Virus genome (UHGV): UHGV-1368434
Source of the DNA: a virus
Reading direction: 5' to 3' (one strand)
Length of the DNA: 50,546 nt
A model generated the notes under the pieces. That model made no database searches. It saw only the letters and a program-made list of their open reading frames with translations, and was not told the origin of the DNA. The translations under genes were made by a program, and so were the position numbers. The number at the start of each line of letters is the position of its first letter. Position 1 is the first letter of the stretch. Below are positions 1 through 8,950 of the stretch, piece after piece.

Positions 1-588
1 AATCCAACAGATGGTTTAAAGGTATCAGCGCAAAGTGGATTAAAAGTAATTGTTAAAGCTGGAAGCGCATATATAGATGGTTACTATTATGAATTGACAG
101 AAAATACAGCGTTAACAATTCAAGTTAATAGTTCCTCGTATGTTCAAACAGATTCAGTTGTAATAAGATTGGATAAAACAAATAGAAAAATGTCGTTGGA
201 AGTAAAACAGAATGATACAAGCGTTTCAAACACAACAACAATTAAGGAATTGCAATTAGCAACAATTAAAAAGGGTGTAGGCGCATCTAGTGTGAGTGCC
301 GCTGATATAACAGACAAAAGACCATATAATGAGGTATGTGGATTTGTAACAGGTGTTGTTCAGCAAATAAGCACATCCGATTTGTTTTCACAGTTTGAAG
401 AAATGTTCAATAATTGGTTTGATACAATAAAGGATAGGTTGGGAAGTGACCCGGCAACAAGTCTGCAAAATCAGATTAATGAAATTAATACAAAGATAGA
501 TGCAATGCCTACAATTCGACAAGGAACAGCCGCACCAAGCGACTCAACAGGAAAAGACGGAGATATCTATATCCGTATTACTGGTTAG
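1..588 (+). CDS. Tail fibre / upper-baseplate (BppU-like) protein, C-terminal part. 5'-truncated at the window edge and continuous with 50424..50546.
   Basis: Frame 1 is open from nt 1 with no stop, and the track's start at 94 is a TTG. The sequence NPTDGLKVSAQSGLKVIVKAGSAYIDGYYYE matches the conserved region that follows the BppU-like N-terminus (..NGVF-NP.T.LQV.A..G..V.V..G.A.I.GY.Y). Confidence 0.6.
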   Translation, partial: NPTDGLKVSAQSGLKVIVKAGSAYIDGYYYELTENTALTIQVNSSSYVQTDSVVIRLDKTNRKMSLEVKQNDTSVSNTTTIKELQLATIKKGVGASSVSAADITDKRPYNEVCGFVTGVVQQISTSDLFSQFEEMFNNWFDTIKDRLGSDPATSLQNQINEINTKIDAMPTIRQGTAAPSDSTGKDGDIYIRITG

Positions 589-600
589 GAGGTGTAATAA

Positions 601-1590
601 ATGTCAGCACCAAGTGGTACACAGTGGAGTTCTCCATCAACAGGTACACAATATCAAGGTAGAATTGGACTCTATGTAACATCTTCAAACAGCAAAACAC
701 AAACAAAAGTAACAGTACAAATATGGTATTGGTCACAATACTCATGTCAAGATAGTTCTAATACATTTTATTTTGATTGGGATAGTTCTGCAAAATCTAG
801 CATAGGAAGTAAAGACATTAATACAAGTTCAAATAACAGTTGGAATACTGCAAACCAAGTTCTAATCGGAACGTATAGTAAAACATATAATAGAGGAACA
901 TCTAGTTCACAAGGAACATGTTCTGCAAGATTTACAGGTATAGAATACGGTGGAGGAAATTCATATACAGCAAGCGTAAACTTCACAATCCCAGCAAGAG
1001 ATAGACAATCAATATCATATAATGCAAATGGCGGAACTGGTGCGCCAAGTACACAATATTATTATTATGGTTATGATACTAAGCTTTCAAACACTATTCC
1101 AAAAAGAACAGGTTATACGTTTTTAGGATGGTCATTATCAAGCACAGCAATATCACCGTCATATAGTGCAGAGCAAGCATGGGGAGGTACAAATGAGGGT
1201 AACTTTATTCTATATGCAGTATGGGAGAGAATAAGTTGTGCTGTCAAATTTGATGCCGGTTCAAATGGTGGAATTGTTGGTACTTCTGATTCAGTTATTA
1301 GAACTTACTATTATGGTGATAAGATAGGAACGCTTCCAACAGCAGAAAGATTGAACTATGAATTTTTAGGTTGGAATACGAATCAAAATGGAAGTGGTTC
1401 ATATGTTAGCGAAACATATGTAGTAAAAGCAAATATAACATTATATGCAATATTCAAGTTACAAGCTAATTGTTATGCAAAACAAAGTAGTAAGTACAAA
1501 ACTGGTATGATGTATAGAAAAGATGGGAAATACAGTACAGGAATTGTGAAAGTAAAAGTAAATGGAAAATATAAAGATGCAACAATTTAA
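601..1590 (+). CDS. Listeria-Bacteroides repeat (Flg_new-like) domain protein, putative tail fibre or receptor-binding accessory protein
   Basis: AGGAGG RBS 8 nt upstream of the ATG. Two repeats of the type YNANGGTGAPS...GYTFLGWS and FDAGSNGG...YEFLGWNT, typical of Listeria-Bacteroides repeats. Sits directly after the tail fibre gene. Confidence 0.6.
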   Translation: MSAPSGTQWSSPSTGTQYQGRIGLYVTSSNSKTQTKVTVQIWYWSQYSCQDSSNTFYFDWDSSAKSSIGSKDINTSSNNSWNTANQVLIGTYSKTYNRGTSSSQGTCSARFTGIEYGGGNSYTASVNFTIPARDRQSISYNANGGTGAPSTQYYYYGYDTKLSNTIPKRTGYTFLGWSLSSTAISPSYSAEQAWGGTNEGNFILYAVWERISCAVKFDAGSNGGIVGTSDSVIRTYYYGDKIGTLPTAERLNYEFLGWNTNQNGSGSYVSETYVVKANITLYAIFKLQANCYAKQSSKYKTGMMYRKDGKYSTGIVKVKVNGKYKDATI

Positions 1591-1605
1591 TGAAGTGAAA
1601 AAAGT

Positions 1606-1890
1606 ATGGAAGAGTTTAGCGAAGTTCTGTTAGATGTGCAGAAAGAGTATAAACGTTCTAACAAGCTAAAAGATATTATAATTATCATTCTAATTGTTTT
1701 AATGTTCTTGCAATCAGCATTTAGTTTTGGTTGTTTTGTTTGGTATGAGTCACAATTTGATTATGTGACAACAAATGGAAAAGATGTTGATGTTGAAACA
1801 AGTGGAGGTAATGCAAATGCAGAATACAACGATGTAAGCGGAAATCAATATAATGATAATGCGGTTCACAACCAAGGTGGTGAGAATTAA
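1606..1890 (+). CDS. Small membrane protein (one TM helix)
   Basis: 94-aa ORF with a hydrophobic segment (IIIIILIVLMFLQSAFSFGCFVWY) and an N/G-rich tail. RBS is weak. Confidence 0.35.
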   Translation: MEEFSEVLLDVQKEYKRSNKLKDIIIIILIVLMFLQSAFSFGCFVWYESQFDYVTTNGKDVDVETSGGNANAEYNDVSGNQYNDNAVHNQGGEN

Positions 1891-2022
1891 GAATGGCGAA
1901 AGCAAGAATACACGTAACTAAAACAGCTAAAACTGTTAAGATTGCAAAAAATAGAAATAAACAAGGCGGAAATCATAAGAGGTGTCCGGTGTGTGGTAAG
2001 TTCATGGGAAGTGGTAAGCATG

Positions 2023-2253
2023 GATAAAAAGAACGCAGAAACTAGGACGAAATTAAAGGACATAAGTTCTGTAAAAGAGTTCGGTGATTTGATGGAGCAA
2101 ACAATGTTAAGTGATGAAGAAAAGCAGATTTTATGGATGCATTATAAGGAGAAGAAAACTTTACAATGTATAGCGGATGAAATAGGATTATCAGAAATTG
2201 CAGTTAAAAAGAAACATAGAAAGATGTTTATGAAAATAGGTAGAATGATTTGA
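2023..2253 (+). CDS. Small sigma-70 region-4-like HTH transcriptional regulator
   Basis: ATG at 2023 is preceded by GGAAGTGG, whereas the track start at 1942 is a TTG with no RBS. The C-terminus (KQILWMHYKEKKTLQCIADEIGLSEIAVKKKHRKM) resembles sigma region 4 / LuxR-type HTH. Confidence 0.45.
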   Translation, partial: DKKNAETRTKLKDISSVKEFGDLMEQTMLSDEEKQILWMHYKEKKTLQCIADEIGLSEIAVKKKHRKMFMKIGRMI

Positions 2254-2254
2254 G

Positions 2255-2283
2255 GGAGTGCGAAAGCACTCCTTTTTTATTGC
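2255..2283 (+). terminator. Rho-independent terminator
   Basis: Stem GGAGTGC / GCACTCC with a GAAA loop, followed by TTTTTTATT, immediately after the regulator gene. Confidence 0.65.
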
Positions 2284-2376
2284 ACATATTCTTTAAGGTT
2301 ATTCCTAGTATACTTTGTTTATATTTCAAAACATTAAAAGTATGATATATTAAAAGCATGAAAGGAGTGGTGATTG

Positions 2377-2808
2377 ATGTACAATTATACAGGGTATGGG
2401 ATGAATCCATATCAGCAACAATTAACACAAAATAGAATTGCACAGATGGAACAGCAATATAATTACCAACAGCCATATATGCAAAATCAGAGTCAAACAC
2501 AGATGCTAAAAGGTAGACCAGTTTCAAGTTATGATGAAGCGAAAGCAAGTATGATTGATTTAGATGGTAGTCTATTTGTTTTTACAGACATTGCACATGG
2601 ATGTATTTACACAAAGCAAATATTGTTAGATGGTTCAGCAGAACTTAAAACATATATATTAAAACCAACAGAAAATAAAGTAAATATTGAATATGTATCT
2701 AAACAGCAGTTTGAAAATGTTGTAAGTGAATTGAAACAAAGAATAAAAGAACTCAAGGAGGGTGTGGCTTATGTTTCAGAAGTTGAGCAAACAAATGATG
2801 CAGAATAA
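2377..2808 (+). CDS. Hypothetical protein with a Q/Y/N-rich low-complexity N-terminus
   Basis: ATG at 2377 with an AAAGGAGTGG RBS (the track's 2374 is a TTG). N-terminal 45 aa are dominated by Q, Y and N; the C-terminal half looks globular (LKGRPVSSYDEAKASMIDLDGSLFVF...). Confidence 0.5.
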   Translation: MYNYTGYGMNPYQQQLTQNRIAQMEQQYNYQQPYMQNQSQTQMLKGRPVSSYDEAKASMIDLDGSLFVFTDIAHGCIYTKQILLDGSAELKTYILKPTENKVNIEYVSKQQFENVVSELKQRIKELKEGVAYVSEVEQTNDAE

Positions 2809-2959
2809 TCCGCTTTTTAAAAGGGCAGAAGAAATGGCACAAGGTAAATCAGAACAAGAACTTGAGCAAGTAGCTAGAAACTTATGTAAGCAAAGAGGAA
2901 TAGATATAGAACAGGCTTATAAACAGTTTCAAGCATTTATGGGTGGTATGAGCCGCTAA
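2771..2959 (+). CDS. Small hypothetical protein (62 aa)
   Basis: ATG at 2771, 9 nt after AAGGAGGG. Overlaps the end of the previous gene in another frame. Predicted helical, no recognisable family. Confidence 0.3.
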   Translation: MFQKLSKQMMQNNPLFKRAEEMAQGKSEQELEQVARNLCKQRGIDIEQAYKQFQAFMGGMSR

Positions 2960-3008
2960 AGTGTACATATAGTGGTTTATATAAATATTATTAATGGAGG
3001 TAACAATT

Positions 3009-3701
3009 ATGGGAATGGATGGAAATGGATTGAGTGTAGCTGATGCATTAGCACTCGGAAAAGAAAACAATGGAATGTTCGGAGATGGCAATGGAAGTTG
3101 GATTTTCTTCTTATTCTTCCTACTCGCATGGGGAGGTAACTTTGGAAACTGGGGTGGAAATGGTATGAATAGTACAGCAAGCGCATATACAGATAGTGCA
3201 ATTCAGAGAGGGTTCGATAATCAAGCAGTAATGAACAAACTGAATGGTTTGGAGAATGGAATTTGTGATGGATTCTATGCAGTTAATACTTCGCTTCTGA
3301 ATGGTTTCAATGGAACACAGCAAGCAATCAATAATGTAGCAGTAGCGGGAATGCAGAACACAAATGCACTTGCTTCACAGCTTGCGGATTGTTGTTGCAC
3401 AACGCAGAGAAGTATTGATTCTGTAAGATATGAGAATGCAAAAAATACTTGTGATATTGTGAACGCCATTAAAGCAGATGGTGATGCAACAAGAGCATTA
3501 ATGACACAGAATGAGATTCAGAGCTTACGTGACCAGTTACAGACAGCAAACTTCCAGTTGAGCCAACAGGCACAGAACGCAACGCTGATTTCAACATTAA
3601 GACCAACACCAATTCCAGCATATCAGACATGCAGTCCATATGAAAGCGCACAGATGTTTTCACATTATGGAACAGCTTGCAATAATGCATGTGGATGCTA
3701 A
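3009..3701 (+). CDS. Gly/Asn/Trp-rich membrane-anchored protein with Cys-rich C-terminus
   Basis: GGAGG RBS 8 nt before the ATG at 3009. N-terminus NGNGSWIFFLFFLLAWGGNFGNWGGNG forms a TM segment in a Gly-rich context, resembling YjcZ-like sporulation peptides. C-terminus has CCC and ACNNACGC cysteine clusters. Confidence 0.45.
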   Translation: MGMDGNGLSVADALALGKENNGMFGDGNGSWIFFLFFLLAWGGNFGNWGGNGMNSTASAYTDSAIQRGFDNQAVMNKLNGLENGICDGFYAVNTSLLNGFNGTQQAINNVAVAGMQNTNALASQLADCCCTTQRSIDSVRYENAKNTCDIVNAIKADGDATRALMTQNEIQSLRDQLQTANFQLSQQAQNATLISTLRPTPIPAYQTCSPYESAQMFSHYGTACNNACGC

Positions 3702-3755
3702 AGGTGTTTATTTGATGATTTAAGAGACTTTCCGCTTATGCGTGATATATTTGTA

Positions 3756-3783
3756 AGGGCGGCATAAAAACCGCCCTATTCGT
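3756..3783 (+). terminator. Rho-independent terminator
   Basis: AGGGCGG cataaaaa CCGCCCT hairpin followed by a T-rich run (ATTCGTTT). Confidence 0.55.
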
Positions 3784-3815
3784 TTAATTAAAAGGGTTAG
3801 AAAGGGTGATATAAA

Positions 3816-4199
3816 ATGGCATGTAGTTTATACAATAATAATGGATATGGATGCGGTGGATGCGTTCATTTTGTGAAAACAAATAGTGTAACAGTACAGG
3901 ATAATGTTTTGATTCTGAATATTCCACAGGCAACTTATAGCAACAAAGAAAAAGTATGTATTTGCATAGCACAGGCAATTCCAACAGTAACAAGTGCAGA
4001 AACGGTAGCTATAACGATTGGAACAGGAACAACACAATATGTACTTAGAACAAAGTGTGGAAACAATGTTCATGCAGACCAGTTAAGAAGTAGAAAAGTG
4101 TACCACACAAATGTTGCAACAGATGTTGGTGCTTTTATGGTTAGTGGTTGTGAACTATGTGGAACAAGTTATAATTTTCCAGTAATACCAGTAATATAA
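3816..4199 (+). CDS. Cys-rich hypothetical protein
   Basis: 127-aa ORF with about 10 cysteines (CGGC, CICIAQ, GCELCG) and a moderate RBS. Confidence 0.4.
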   Translation: MACSLYNNNGYGCGGCVHFVKTNSVTVQDNVLILNIPQATYSNKEKVCICIAQAIPTVTSAETVAITIGTGTTQYVLRTKCGNNVHADQLRSRKVYHTNVATDVGAFMVSGCELCGTSYNFPVIPVI

Positions 4200-4212
4200 G
4201 GAGGGCAAAACA

Positions 4213-4947
4213 ATGTATGAAGTAAATGGTGTGAAATATGATGAAAATATAAATACAAACAAAACAAACACAGAACAAGGATGGAATACACAGGAACAGC
4301 AACCATACATGGGGACACAAAGAAACAAACGTATGCAAGAAAACATTGCAGAAGAAGTATATATAAAACTTGATGAACACATGCAGAAAGCATTAAGTTT
4401 CCATGAACAGCTTGCAGATTATTTCTGTTTCCTCGGATTACAAGGGTTCAAAAGAAAGTTAGAATGTCAGTATATGGATGAATGTGCAAACAAAAGAAAG
4501 CTTCACCATAAATATATAAATCTTCACCAGAAATTAATTCCGTTAAGACAAGTACAGTTTCCACAGATGATTCCTAGAGATTGGAGTAAATACACAACAG
4601 ATGATGTGAATGACAGTGTTCTTCCTAAATTCGTGAAGAATGCAATGGAACAGTACAAACAATGGGAACATGAAACAAAAGAACTGTATGAAGAACAGCG
4701 GCATAAATGCATGAACAATGGAATGGGAGCAGATGCAGATTACATTTCAAGACTCATACAGGATGTAACAAAAGAGTTAAAAGAAATAAACAGAATGTGT
4801 GAACAGCTTAATGGAACAGGATATGATGTGATAGCAATTCACAGTATGCAGGACAAATACCACAACAAATATAAAAACAAATATGATGATACTTATACAG
4901 ATAAGTGGAAGAAGAAAGAAACAAAACATAACAAAACAAATAAATAA
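4213..4947 (+). CDS. Hypothetical protein (N/K-rich termini, helical core)
   Basis: AGGAGGG RBS. 244 aa. The core (LSFHEQLADYFCFLGLQGFKRKLECQYMDE) could be a ferritin-like or helical bundle. No confident family assignment. Confidence 0.45.
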   Translation: MYEVNGVKYDENINTNKTNTEQGWNTQEQQPYMGTQRNKRMQENIAEEVYIKLDEHMQKALSFHEQLADYFCFLGLQGFKRKLECQYMDECANKRKLHHKYINLHQKLIPLRQVQFPQMIPRDWSKYTTDDVNDSVLPKFVKNAMEQYKQWEHETKELYEEQRHKCMNNGMGADADYISRLIQDVTKELKEINRMCEQLNGTGYDVIAIHSMQDKYHNKYKNKYDDTYTDKWKKKETKHNKTNK

Positions 4948-5042
4948 AATAAAGCACAAGGCTATATATTATATATAATATGATTAATATATTTATATAT
5001 TTTATATAGCTTTATTTATTTTAAAATATTTTATAAAAAGTA

Positions 5043-5070
5043 TTGACTTTTGTTTTAAATATGTTATAAT
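5043..5070 (+). promoter_or_regulatory. SigA-type promoter (TTGACT, 16-nt spacer with TGn, TATAAT)
   Basis: TTGACT at 5043-5048 and TATAAT at 5065-5070. Followed by a CA-rich leader and AGGAGG before the ATG at 5120. Confidence 0.55.
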
Positions 5071-5119
5071 ATAATCAAGTTAAAGGAAAGCAAACAAAAC
5101 AAACTAGGAGGAAGAACAA

Positions 5120-5461
5120 ATGAAGAAAAGAACATTTAAAACAGAAATGAAATTAAATTTAGCAGAGCCTAAATTAAACAAAAACAATACACTTGAGGAA
5201 TATACAGAACAGTTGTTAGATGAGAATGAATATTATAATGTAAAGGCAATCTGTTCAATGGCATTTATTATGAATGATAAAGAATTTATTTATTTCAAAA
5301 ATAATTTGTTAAAAGATTTTGATTTTTTAAAAGATGTTCCTTGTGGATATGAAGAAGATTACATGCAATATGTTATAATGATTGTAAATGAAGAAACAAA
5401 ACAAAAGTTTTTTGTAAATACACAAGGTTATAGCTATGCAAGATATTGTTTATTCGATTAA
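5120..5461 (+). CDS. Early hypothetical protein
   Basis: AGGAGG RBS. 113 aa, own promoter, no recognisable domains. Confidence 0.5.
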   Translation: MKKRTFKTEMKLNLAEPKLNKNNTLEEYTEQLLDENEYYNVKAICSMAFIMNDKEFIYFKNNLLKDFDFLKDVPCGYEEDYMQYVIMIVNEETKQKFFVNTQGYSYARYCLFD

Positions 5462-5476
5462 AAAAATATAATTAAG

Positions 5477-5508
5477 GGGTTGACAAAATCAACCCTTTGA
5501 TATATAAT
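5477..5508 (+). promoter_or_regulatory. Composite element: terminator hairpin (5477-5498) embedding the -35 of a TTGACA-17-TATAAT promoter (5480-5508)
   Basis: 7-bp stem GGGTTGA / TCAACCC with a CAAAA loop followed by TTT. TTGACA at 5480-5485 lies inside the stem, and TATAAT at 5503-5508 follows exactly 17 nt later. Confidence 0.5.
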
Positions 5509-5559
5509 TAAATCAAGTTAAGAGATAACAAACACAAAACAGAAAAGGGGATAACAAAG

Positions 5560-5847
5560 ATGAAGAAATTTACAGGATATGCAAAGGTAGCAGTAATTGA
5601 TAGAGATGGAAATACAAATCCGTGGTGTGGAACAAACAAAGATGATGAAAGTAATTACTATGTTTTCAAGTATTGGAGCAAAGGTTCATATGAAAGAGTT
5701 TATGTAAATGATTATAAGCGTAGAACACTTGGTTATATTGATTTGAAAACAGAAGCAGTTGAAACAGATTATTCTAAAAATAGTGATGTAATGAGAACAA
5801 TTAATTTCTTTTTAGAAAATTATGAAATTGATGTTGACAACAAATAA
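5560..5847 (+). CDS. Early hypothetical protein
   Basis: AAAAGGGG RBS. 95 aa. Confidence 0.5.
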   Translation: MKKFTGYAKVAVIDRDGNTNPWCGTNKDDESNYYVFKYWSKGSYERVYVNDYKRRTLGYIDLKTEAVETDYSKNSDVMRTINFFLENYEIDVDNK

Positions 5848-5862
5848 AGCGTATGTTAATAT
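5834..5862 (+). promoter_or_regulatory. SigA-type promoter (TTGACA-17-TGtTAATAT)
   Basis: TTGACA at 5834-5839, TAATAT at 5857-5862, with TG at -15/-14. Confidence 0.5.
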
Positions 5863-5906
5863 AGTTTTAGAAACAAAAAAAGAAAACAAATTAGGAGGAT
5901 AACAAA

Positions 5907-6149
5907 ATGAAAACATTAGCAATGAGCAAAATAGAAGAAAGAGGAGCATTTATGCTTGGAAGAATTCATCATAGATATGAGCAGTATAAACAGGGATTAA
6001 TTTCTTGTGAAAAATTTGCAGAGTATAAAAATGAATATATAGCGCATTTTAATGGATATGTAAGAGCCTTTTGGGATATGGAACTTTTAACGGATGCTGA
6101 ACAAAAGAAAGTATTAACGAGTTTTATGGAATCTGTAGAAATCGCATAA
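5907..6149 (+). CDS. Early hypothetical protein
   Basis: AGGAGGA RBS. 80 aa. Confidence 0.5.
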   Translation: MKTLAMSKIEERGAFMLGRIHHRYEQYKQGLISCEKFAEYKNEYIAHFNGYVRAFWDMELLTDAEQKKVLTSFMESVEIA

Positions 6150-6166
6150 AAAGGAGATAAAACAAA

Positions 6167-6358
6167 ATGACACCATACAGTTATAGAAAACTACAGAGGA
6201 AAGTGAAAAGAAAGGTGAGGACGCTCAAAAGAGTGTTCCGAGCCTTTTGGAAAGAATGGGGAATAACAAAACAAGATTTCAATGATATTATAGCTTGCTT
6301 ATCATTGTTTGGAATGATTTATATGTTATCAGTAATTTGCATAATCGTTTTAAAATAA
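6167..6358 (+). CDS. Small basic protein with C-terminal TM helix
   Basis: AAAGGAGA RBS. Basic N-terminus (KVKRKVRTLKR) and a hydrophobic C-terminus (IIACLSLFGMIYMLSVICIIVL). Confidence 0.45.
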   Translation: MTPYSYRKLQRKVKRKVRTLKRVFRAFWKEWGITKQDFNDIIACLSLFGMIYMLSVICIIVLK

Positions 6359-6361
6359 ATA

Positions 6362-6390
6362 TTGACAAAGAAAAAACAAAGTGATATAAT
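6362..6390 (+). promoter_or_regulatory. SigA-type promoter (TTGACA-17-TATAAT)
   Basis: TTGACA at 6362-6367 and TATAAT at 6385-6390 with an exact 17-nt spacer containing TG. Confidence 0.55.
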
Positions 6391-6422
6391 TAAGACATAA
6401 AAAGAAAAGGAGAACAAAACAA

Positions 6423-7094
6423 ATGAGATTTGAAGAAATGAAAGTTGCAGAGTTAAAACAGGAGTCAAGAAACAGAGGACTCACACTAGAAAGCAAAGGA
6501 CATAAGTTCACAAAACAGGAGTTGATTGACAGACTTAATGCTTATGAGAATGAAACTGATGAAGCGTGGATTGAAACAAAAAGTAAAACAAAGGTAGAAA
6601 AACAGCCAGCACCAAGCAATGAAGATGATGAAGCATGGGTTGAGACAAAAGGATTTGAAACAGAGACACTTGAAGAAGAGGTTAAAACAAGTCCAGAGGA
6701 AACAGAAGAAAGAAAGTTTGCAACACTTGAAGAAATCGAAATGAAATATGGCTCAAGAAAAGAACAACGTATTTATGACAATGTTTTACAGGTTGGTTGT
6801 ATGATTTGTTATGTTAGATTTATTGAAACAAAACATGGGAAACTTTTGAAGAAGTTAGGAACAGCAAAAGTTGTAGGAGTAAATAGAAAAAAGGAGCTTG
6901 TAAGAGTACAGACACCAGTAGGGGAAGAGAAAGAATTAACATTTGATGAACTTATTTTCATTCGTGATGTAAATGTCAGAACATATCCGAAAGATATCAA
7001 TTCAGTATTATATGCACAGAGACAGGCAGTAAAGGAATACAAGGAAAGGACAGGACAGAAGAATGAATACAGCACAGATAGAACAGAGCGTTAG
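6423..7094 (+). CDS. SAP/HeH-domain DNA-binding protein
   Basis: N-terminal MKVAELKQESRNRGLTLESKGHKFTKQELIDRL matches the SAP motif. The acidic repeats DEAWIETK and DEAWVETK follow it. Confidence 0.5.
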   Translation: MRFEEMKVAELKQESRNRGLTLESKGHKFTKQELIDRLNAYENETDEAWIETKSKTKVEKQPAPSNEDDEAWVETKGFETETLEEEVKTSPEETEERKFATLEEIEMKYGSRKEQRIYDNVLQVGCMICYVRFIETKHGKLLKKLGTAKVVGVNRKKELVRVQTPVGEEKELTFDELIFIRDVNVRTYPKDINSVLYAQRQAVKEYKERTGQKNEYSTDRTER

Positions 7095-7599
7095 AAGATT
7101 ATATGAAGCACAGCAAGAAAAAAAGAAGTTTGACGAATACTACAATGAAGTAAGAAAAAAAGAACAGCTTGCAGTTACAAATTTTATGTTTACGAATCTT
7201 CCAAAAGGAGAAGAAACTTTTGACATTGAATTAAAAGATGGAGTGAACTATTATACAAACCATGTGAAACTTAAAGTAACAAAAGTTAGAAGAAAGAAGC
7301 TAACATGGAAGTTTGAAAAGTTAAAACAGAACATTTCAAAACAGTTGTACAAAACAGTTGTGAATAAAACATATAAAGTAAATGATATGGATGGACTTGT
7401 TAAGTATTTGAAACAGTGTGGAGTAGATGCGAAGAAGTTCAAAAAGTTCATTGACGTTGAAGAAAGCATGGACGAAACAAAGTTAGATAGAATGTATGAA
7501 ACAGGCAAAATAAGTAAAGAGGACAAAGCACAGTTAGGAAAATGCTGTGATGTTGAAATATCAGAGCCATATATTAAGATAACAGAACAGAAAGGCTAG
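7063..7599 (+). CDS. Hypothetical protein
   Basis: 178-aa K-rich ORF. Overlaps the previous gene end by 32 nt. Confidence 0.4.
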   Translation: MNTAQIEQSVRRLYEAQQEKKKFDEYYNEVRKKEQLAVTNFMFTNLPKGEETFDIELKDGVNYYTNHVKLKVTKVRRKKLTWKFEKLKQNISKQLYKTVVNKTYKVNDMDGLVKYLKQCGVDAKKFKKFIDVEESMDETKLDRMYETGKISKEDKAQLGKCCDVEISEPYIKITEQKG

Positions 7600-7609
7600 A
7601 ACAATATGT

Positions 7610-8563
7610 ATGATAAGAACATATGGAGGAAAGGAACTTGCGAAAATATTAATCTATTATGGAATTGTTGAAGAAATAACAACAACAGAGTTTAATATAA
7701 TATGTCCTTTCCATGATGATATAAACCCATCAATGAGAATTTGTTTAGATGATGGAACATTTTTTTGTTTTGGTTGTGAAGTAAAAGGCAATGCATTAGA
7801 TTTTGTTATGAAAGCACACCCGGAGCTAAATGACCTACAAGCATGTTGTCTGTTAGAACAAATATTACATAGTGATAAAATAGAAAAGCTACAGATAAAG
7901 GTTAAAAGAAAGCGAAAGAAACAAAGTAAGCAAGCATTGATTGAAGCTAAGGATTATTATTATGGACTAAAAACAACAGATTGGAATGAAGCAAACAGTA
8001 AGGATGAAAAACAAATAATTGAATACATGAAGAAACGCGGATTCAGTAAACGTGCATTGAATGTTTCAAAGTGTAAATACAACTATAATGTTGCATATCC
8101 ATTTATTTTTCCTATATTAGACAATGGGAAGTTTATGGGATGGGTAGGTAGAACAATGAACCCGCATGTTGAAAAGAAAAGAAAGTATTTATACAATGAG
8201 GGATTTAGAAAGCGTGACACATTATGTGGAACATATGAAGAGAACTGCATTCCATATATATGTGAGGGATACATGGATTATTTAAGTCTTAAAACAAGAG
8301 GACATATAAAAAATGTTGTTGCAATACTTGGATGGCATATATCAGATGAACAAGTGAACAAATTAAAACAAAAAGGAATTACAACAGTAATATCTGCATT
8401 AGATAATGATGAATGCGGAACAAAAGGAACAGAGTATTTAAAGCGGTTTTTTAACGTTATACGCTTTGATTATCCAGATAATAAGAAAGACGTGGGGGAA
8501 ATGTCAGAGGAAGAAATAAAAGCCGCTAAACAGCGTTCTAGGAGGGTCAGAGCATGGTACTAA
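7610..8563 (+). CDS. DNA primase (CHC2 zinc finger + Toprim domain, DnaG-like)
   Basis: CPFHDD...CFGC zinc-binding motif at the N-terminus. Toprim motifs ICEGYMDYLSL and ALDNDECGTKG follow. Confidence 0.8.
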   Translation: MIRTYGGKELAKILIYYGIVEEITTTEFNIICPFHDDINPSMRICLDDGTFFCFGCEVKGNALDFVMKAHPELNDLQACCLLEQILHSDKIEKLQIKVKRKRKKQSKQALIEAKDYYYGLKTTDWNEANSKDEKQIIEYMKKRGFSKRALNVSKCKYNYNVAYPFIFPILDNGKFMGWVGRTMNPHVEKKRKYLYNEGFRKRDTLCGTYEENCIPYICEGYMDYLSLKTRGHIKNVVAILGWHISDEQVNKLKQKGITTVISALDNDECGTKGTEYLKRFFNVIRFDYPDNKKDVGEMSEEEIKAAKQRSRRVRAWY

Positions 8564-8937
8564 GATATAGAGTGAATTGTAAAATGTGTTTCTATCATAA
8601 GGATACGCTTGAAAAATTAGTGATTGACAGAGAGATAGGTGGAGAGTATAATGAAGAGAGTGAAGAATACAAACTGATTTGTATGGATTATGAAGTTATG
8701 TTTGGATTTAAACGTGATGAAGATAAAGCAAGTTTTGATGAAATGCTTCTAACAGAGCTTGTAAAAAGAGCAAAACAAAAAATGCGTGAAACAATAGATA
8801 GAATTAACGCTGTAATTAAAAAGTGTTATCTTGAAGATGCAAATGCAGTTGTAGAGTTCGGTGGTTATATCATAAATCCAAAACAGTTTTGTGCAGTAGA
8901 AATCGGTGAGTATAAAACAAACATATCAAAAGAATAA
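8554..8937 (+). CDS. Hypothetical protein
   Basis: 127-aa ORF that overlaps the primase stop. Confidence 0.4.
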   Translation: MVLRYRVNCKMCFYHKDTLEKLVIDREIGGEYNEESEEYKLICMDYEVMFGFKRDEDKASFDEMLLTELVKRAKQKMRETIDRINAVIKKCYLEDANAVVEFGGYIINPKQFCAVEIGEYKTNISKE

Positions 8938-8950
8938 AAGGAGAAACAAC

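Noticed and set aside
768-986. Minus-strand ORF inside the Listeria-Bacteroides repeat gene
   Set aside because: It lies antisense to a well-supported + strand gene with an RBS. No RBS is present, and its hydrophobic low-complexity translation is typical of antisense AT-rich coding sequence.
1942-2022. Track start of the regulator gene at 1942 (TTG) giving an N-terminal extension
   Set aside because: No RBS precedes 1942. The ATG at 2023 has GGAAGTGG at the right spacing, and the HTH domain is fully contained after it.
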